From the NCBI GenBank assembly GCA_947475685.1, contig CANJNC010000011.1:12361-76360 (forward strand): a stretch of 64,000 nucleotides of DNA, written 5' to 3'. The notes under the pieces are model-generated. The model worked only from the letters and a program-made list of their open reading frames with translations. It ran no database searches and was not told the DNA's origin. Shown one piece after another: positions 59,417 to 64,000 of the stretch. The stretch is from Comamonadaceae bacterium (GTDB lineage Bacteria; Pseudomonadota; Gammaproteobacteria; Burkholderiales; Burkholderiaceae_C). Each line of letters begins with the position of its first letter. The first letter of the stretch is position 1. A program made the position numbers and the translations under genes.

Positions 59417-61702
59417 TTAGGTGTTGAGTGCTTTTTTAACCCGCTCTGCAACCAAGGGATAGCGCCTGATCCTGACCCCCGTGGCATCAAAGACCGCATT
59501 GGCAATGGCGGCTGGAAAGCAGACGATAGCAGGCTCTCCAGCGCCTCCCATGGGCTTGTCGGGCCGATTGATAAAGACCAAGTCGATCTCTTTTGGAAGG
59601 TCACTCAAATTGGCAATTTTGTAGGTGTTCCAGTCCACACTGGTGACCCTTTTTTCATTGAAGTGAACTTCCTCGTGCAGCGCGCGGCTAAGCCCTTGCA
59701 TGATTTGTCCTTCAAGTGCAGCTCGCACACCAATGGGGTTGACCATCAAGCCACAATCATGGGCGATGCTCACCTTTTTGACCCAGATGCGACCGCTCTC
59801 TTTGTTGACCTCCACCTCACAGGCGACTGCTGCATACGAGCCGTATCCCGCGTGCAAGGCCAAGCCCCAGCCGGTGGCAATTTTACCGGAGGACTTTTTG
59901 GTGGCCTTGTTGGGCCAACCCATTCTTTGGGCGGCGGTTTTGACGACCTCAATTTCTCTGGGGTCTTGCATGTGTTTGAGTCTGAAGTCCACCGGGTGCA
60001 TGCCTGCTGCATGGGCCACTTCGTCAATGAAGCACTCTTGTCCAAAGCGTGTCTGCATCTCTTGAGGAGCCCGCATGTGAGCGGTTCTCATGGGAGAGAC
60101 TTCCTGCAAATAAGGCGGCACGGTCTCCCACCAATGCACATGGTTGGCAAAGCGGTAGCTCTCCTCAGGTACATTGAAGTTGTAGGCGTTCCACTTTTTA
60201 TGACCCGTTTGCATGCCCACCAAGACGTGCTCTGGGCTCTCTCCCGTGAAGCGCACATCCCAGCCATTGAAGCCCTTGGCCTTGAAATACCAGCCTGTGA
60301 CTTCGTTGTTGGCATTCAAGCCCGCTTTCATGGAGATGATCGCCGCAGGCGCCTTGGGATCCCAGGCAATGCCTTCTTCTCGGCTCCACTGCATTCGGAC
60401 AGGTCGCCCAAATTCTTTGGACAAGAGGGCCGCTTCATAGGGGGCTTCATCGCCGTCGCTTCGGCCATAGGATCCCGCTCCATGCATCCATTTGACCTGC
60501 ACGTTTTCAGCAGGCACACCTAAAAACTTCGCGATGCCAACTCTCAAGAAGTGGGGTTTTTGTGTGTCGGCCCATATTTGCACTTGGTCGCCTCGCACAT
60601 CGACCACGCCGCAAGAGGGCGCCATGCGAGCGTGGGACTGAAAGGAGCACTCATACTCAGCCTCCAAGACTTTGGCCGAGCTTGACAAGGCGGCCATGGT
60701 CGGTTTGATGTCCCAGTCTTTCTTGCCCCCAAATGCGGGGATGGCATTGGCAGCAGTGGGGGTGGCTTGCCGGATGTAGTTAAAGGTGTTGTGTTCCCCA
60801 CCGCCCAGTGGGCCATTGACATTGGACCACTTGACTTTGAGAGCTCGCGAGGCCTTGATGGCTGCCCACTCGCTTTCTGCAACGACGGCCACAAAGCTGC
60901 CTTTGACAAAGGACTTTGCGCCTTTGATGTGCGCAATAGAGGACGCATCCACTTCAAGCGGCTCAGCACCCGCGATTTGGGGCCTCACAGCGCGTGCATG
61001 CAAGAGGTTATCAGGGCGGATGTGAGCGGTGTAGTGCTCCACGCCACTGACTTTGGCCTCAATGTCTTTTCTCTTAAAGCTTTTGCCCACAATTTTGTAT
61101 TCAGATGGATCCTTGGGCTTGGCTTGACCTTGCACATTCATGGCGTTGCCAATTTGATTGTTCCAAGTCAAGTTGGTTGAGAAGTTTTTCCCCCCAATGA
61201 GCTCCGCATAGGTCACGCTTTTGCTGGGGTTGCTGGTGATAAAAACTTTGCCATTGTCCACACTCAGTTGAGTGGCCAAGACGCCAAGATGGTTGGCGGC
61301 ATTCTCAACCAAGAGCCGCCTGGCTTCTGCCGCGGCGTTTCGAAGCGGCAGTGAGCCCAAGCGAAGCCCCGTGCTGCCACTGCCCCCTCCTTGGTTGGGG
61401 GACAAGCGGGTGTCGCCCAAGGAAACCTGCACTTTGTCGTGGCTCACATCGAGCTCCTCGGCCACAATTTGAGCGATCGCCACGTCAATGCCTTGGCCGC
61501 AATCCATTTTGCCAAAATTGGCCAAGACAGTGCCATCGGCATTGATTTTGATCCAAGTATCGAGCGCAGCGGGTGGAGGCCCGACCACGCTTGGAATGGC
61601 CTGTGCATGGGTCTCCCCCAAGAAGGCGCTTCCCGATGTGCCAACGATCAGGGCCACATTGGTTTGAATGAAATCACGGCGGTTGATGTTTGTAGGATTC
61701 AT
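59417..61702 (-). CDS. Molybdopterin-binding large subunit, IorB family, Tat-exported (locus 2)
   Basis: NRRDFIQ, GKMDCGQG, HARMAP, HGAGSYG, GAGEP. Confidence 0.93.
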   Translation of the reverse strand: MNPTNINRRDFIQTNVALIVGTSGSAFLGETHAQAIPSVVGPPPAALDTWIKINADGTVLANFGKMDCGQGIDVAIAQIVAEELDVSHDKVQVSLGDTRLSPNQGGGSGSTGLRLGSLPLRNAAAEARRLLVENAANHLGVLATQLSVDNGKVFITSNPSKSVTYAELIGGKNFSTNLTWNNQIGNAMNVQGQAKPKDPSEYKIVGKSFKRKDIEAKVSGVEHYTAHIRPDNLLHARAVRPQIAGAEPLEVDASSIAHIKGAKSFVKGSFVAVVAESEWAAIKASRALKVKWSNVNGPLGGGEHNTFNYIRQATPTAANAIPAFGGKKDWDIKPTMAALSSSAKVLEAEYECSFQSHARMAPSCGVVDVRGDQVQIWADTQKPHFLRVGIAKFLGVPAENVQVKWMHGAGSYGRSDGDEAPYEAALLSKEFGRPVRMQWSREEGIAWDPKAPAAIISMKAGLNANNEVTGWYFKAKGFNGWDVRFTGESPEHVLVGMQTGHKKWNAYNFNVPEESYRFANHVHWWETVPPYLQEVSPMRTAHMRAPQEMQTRFGQECFIDEVAHAAGMHPVDFRLKHMQDPREIEVVKTAAQRMGWPNKATKKSSGKIATGWGLALHAGYGSYAAVACEVEVNKESGRIWVKKVSIAHDCGLMVNPIGVRAALEGQIMQGLSRALHEEVHFNEKRVTSVDWNTYKIANLSDLPKEIDLVFINRPDKPMGGAGEPAIVCFPAAIANAVFDATGVRIRRYPLVAERVKKALNT

Positions 61703-61717
61703 GGATGTTGCCCTGGG

Positions 61718-62200
61718 TTATGCTTTGGCTGTGGACATTTTGTCGCGCGCGAGTTTGACCGCTTGCATGATGGCGATTTGCGTACCGCAACGACATTGGA
61801 CGTTGGCAAAGCCGTCCTTGATTTGTTGATCGGTGGCTTTGGGATTCTTTTCCAGCAAAGCCACTGCATGCATGATCCAGCCGTTTGCACAGTAGCCACA
61901 CTGAGCGGCCTGTTCGTCAACGAAGGCGACTTGCACCGGGTGAAGCTGACCATTTTTTGCCAAGCCATCCAAAGTTCGAATGGCTTTGTTCTCAAGGGAG
62001 GCGGTAGGCACGGAGCACGAGCGAATGGGTTGACCGTTCACCAAGACGGTGCAAGTGCCGCATTGAGCCAAACCACAACCAAACTTGGGACCTTTTAGTT
62101 TGAGTTTGTCGGTCAATGCATACAGCAAAGGTTCATCCACATCGGCCTCGACGCTTTTAATGGCGCCATCAATGTTGAGCTTATAAACGGGCATGTTCAC
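61718..62200 (-). CDS. 2x[2Fe-2S] small subunit, IorA family (locus 2)
   Basis: KFGCGLAQCGTCTV…C, QCGYC…CRC. Confidence 0.95.
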   Translation of the reverse strand: MNMPVYKLNIDGAIKSVEADVDEPLLYALTDKLKLKGPKFGCGLAQCGTCTVLVNGQPIRSCSVPTASLENKAIRTLDGLAKNGQLHPVQVAFVDEQAAQCGYCANGWIMHAVALLEKNPKATDQQIKDGFANVQCRCGTQIAIMQAVKLARDKMSTAKA

Positions 62201-62472
62201 TCCTGAGTTAAATCTTTCACTATCAGATCAAATCAGAAGGGTTTGAGCCATTGGGGTTAGCCCTTAATTGAGCGGGTTCGCGGTTCCTAGCGATTCTTAG
62301 CGATTGAGTGCATCACGTTCTCCCAGACCCCAAGCCTTCGCGCACTCACTCCTCATCCGTTTCAAACGCACTTGGGTTGCAAGTGGTCACTCAATGGATT
62401 TACAGAGTTACACTTAGACCTAGGGCTTGATAAGCTTGATCTTCCCACACCGATTTAACCCCTCATTTGGCT

Positions 62473-62919
62473 ATGCGCAGTTTTTGGCACATTTTATTTT
62501 TTTTGTCCTCACTCTTGACAGTGCAAGTTCAAGCGCAAAACTTGCAAAAGTTGTATGACCTGAGTGTCGACTCCAAAAAACGTTTGGACCAAGAAGAAAA
62601 GGATAAAAAGACCAAAACCGAGGATTTCTACACCGAGGCCAAGGCCAATGGGCAGTTTTGGAAATGCGATAAAAATTTGTTTATTTTTTACCGCGGCTAC
62701 GTCTTGGCGGGTGCCAAGGAGGACGGCAGCGATTTGGGCAAGTCCCCCTATGATTTGATTGGCAACTATCAGGTGGTGAAGAATCAGTTCATCAATTTCA
62801 ACTTTCCAACCCTACCCTATGACAATGTCTTTGAGCTCAATATTGCCAAAGGGGAGGCCGTGGTTTTCAAGAAATCCCTCAACCGTTTGGAAAAGTTGGC
62901 TTGCACGTTTCTGAAATAA
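62473..62919 (+). CDS. Exported hypothetical protein (~148 aa)
   Basis: Signal peptide ending VQA; charged helix then a beta-rich segment; no family recognised. Confidence 0.7.
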   Translation: MRSFWHILFFLSSLLTVQVQAQNLQKLYDLSVDSKKRLDQEEKDKKTKTEDFYTEAKANGQFWKCDKNLFIFYRGYVLAGAKEDGSDLGKSPYDLIGNYQVVKNQFINFNFPTLPYDNVFELNIAKGEAVVFKKSLNRLEKLACTFLK

Positions 62920-62994
62920 AGATTCGCTCAAAGAGGAGCTTGGCTCAATGCGCACCAAGGGTGCGCATGACTTGTTTCTTGAATCCATTGGCTT

Positions 62995-63558
62995 TCACGG
63001 CTTTTGTTGAAGGTACTGCTCTAAGCTTTGATCCATCGCTTTGGTGTAGGTCCACCACAAATACGGGAAATGCCCATAGCGCAAAGACAGCTGCTCCTTG
63101 GCCTTTGTTGCAGATTGCCCCAGGTCTACAAGCGACACGGCAGAGACGAGACCGCTTCGATCGGCGCCATCGGTGCAGTGAATCAACAAAGGTTTCGGGG
63201 CCTCACGAATCAATTTCAATAGGCCAAGGATTTGTTCGGTGTCAAGCACCGTGCCTGCTGAGAGGCTGACATCCATGTGCAAGAGGCCTAAATTTTGAGA
63301 GCTCTTTATTTCCTCTTGGTACCAAGGCGAGTCAAGATTGACCCCTCTTAAATTCAACACACTCTTGAGTCCTAACTCTTGAGTCTTTTGGCGAAACACC
63401 TCAGTGCTCAGTTGTCCTGAGCGATAGAGTTCACCTTTCACAACTTCGTGAAAATTGCCACCAAAGTGGATCCAAGAATACAAGCCCAAAAGGGCCATGA
63501 AGGGGGTCAATAGCAAGGTGCTCATGAGGGCAAGGATGCGTTTATAAAGCAAAGGCAT
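62995..63558 (-). CDS. Membrane-anchored cysteine phosphatase (PTP/dual-specificity family)
   Basis: N-terminal TM; LYRSGQ, VLNLRG, intact CX5R loop HCTDGADRSG. Confidence 0.9.
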   Translation of the reverse strand: MPLLYKRILALMSTLLLTPFMALLGLYSWIHFGGNFHEVVKGELYRSGQLSTEVFRQKTQELGLKSVLNLRGVNLDSPWYQEEIKSSQNLGLLHMDVSLSAGTVLDTEQILGLLKLIREAPKPLLIHCTDGADRSGLVSAVSLVDLGQSATKAKEQLSLRYGHFPYLWWTYTKAMDQSLEQYLQQKP

Positions 63559-63710
63559 GAGGGCAATGGGCGTTTAGAGGGAGAAAAGAACTCATGAAAG
63601 ATTTTTTTGAATAAAAAAGGGTTCAGTATTGGTGTTTGTCACAGTACTTTTTCTACTCAATCGTTGTTAGAGTTTAGCGTTTATTGAATCATAAGGGTTA
63701 AGGAGCCAAT

Positions 63711-64000
63711 ATGTCTATTACTTCGTTCAAGGTCGATGGACTCAATGTCCAAGTCGATGGGGATCCGCAGATGCCTTTGCTGTATGCATTGAGAGATGAC
63801 TTGCAGATGAACAACCCCAAATTTGGGTGTGGTGTGGCGCAGTGCGGCGCTTGTACGGTTCAATTGAATGGCGTTCCGATTCGTTCATGTGCCGTGCCTG
63901 TCTCGGCGGTGAGCAATCAGTCGGTCAAAACCCTCAAAAGCCTTGGCACCCCAGAAAAACCCCATCCTCTTCAAAGTGCTTTTGTTGAAGAGCAAGTCAC
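63711..64000 (+). CDS. 2x[2Fe-2S] small subunit, IorA family (locus 3; runs off the window)
   Basis: AGGAG SD; MSITSFKVDG…PLLYALRDDL…[14 protein letters not shown]…RSC…HPLQSAFVEEQV. Confidence 0.92.
   Translation, partial: MSITSFKVDGLNVQVDGDPQMPLLYALRDDLQMNNPKFGCGVAQCGACTVQLNGVPIRSCAVPVSAVSNQSVKTLKSLGTPEKPHPLQSAFVEEQV

Noticed and set aside
63636-63642. TTGTCAC as a Pho box for iorA3
   Set aside because: Single half-site with no partner at 11 bp.

Overview
64-kb chromosomal segment, most likely from a betaproteobacterium (Burkholderiales/Comamonadaceae-like; inferred from gene order and protein style, not database-verified). No rRNA, tRNA, CRISPR, transposase or integrase was recognised. 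A conserved backbone (hppA/ppa, nadE-glnB, dgkA, ECF sigma block, ilvIHC, psd-pssA-leuA with a classic Leu attenuator, pbpG, iclR, bpt-aat, RND pump) is interrupted by accessory nutrient-scavenging modules. (1) A phosphate island at ~3.0-8.6 kb has two tandem PhoA phosphatases, an exported accessory protein and ppk2. (2) A 13.8-kb island between ilvC and psd is flanked by an exact 14-bp direct repeat and carries btaA-[FemAB-like GNAT]-nupC (no btaB in the window), a TPAT-type TRAP system plus an NPP phosphodiesterase, and an exbD-tonB-TBDR-exbB module. (3) A 45-64 kb region has three IorAB-type molybdo-hydroxylase loci, a non-canonical SoxY(SACVD)/SoxZ pair, a partly eroded sigma54-type N-heterocycle catabolic operon and a third, E. 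coli-type PhoA. Five PhoB-box-like 11-bp repeats read from the sequence lie exactly 10 bp upstream of a -10-like hexamer, and three weaker ones are also present, linking the modules into an inferred Pho regulon. The best candidate for an undescribed system is the putatively Pho-linked btaA/FemAB-like GNAT/nupC unit plus the divergent TPAT/NPP unit, which may form a phosphorus-free lipid or phosphodiester-recycling pathway.
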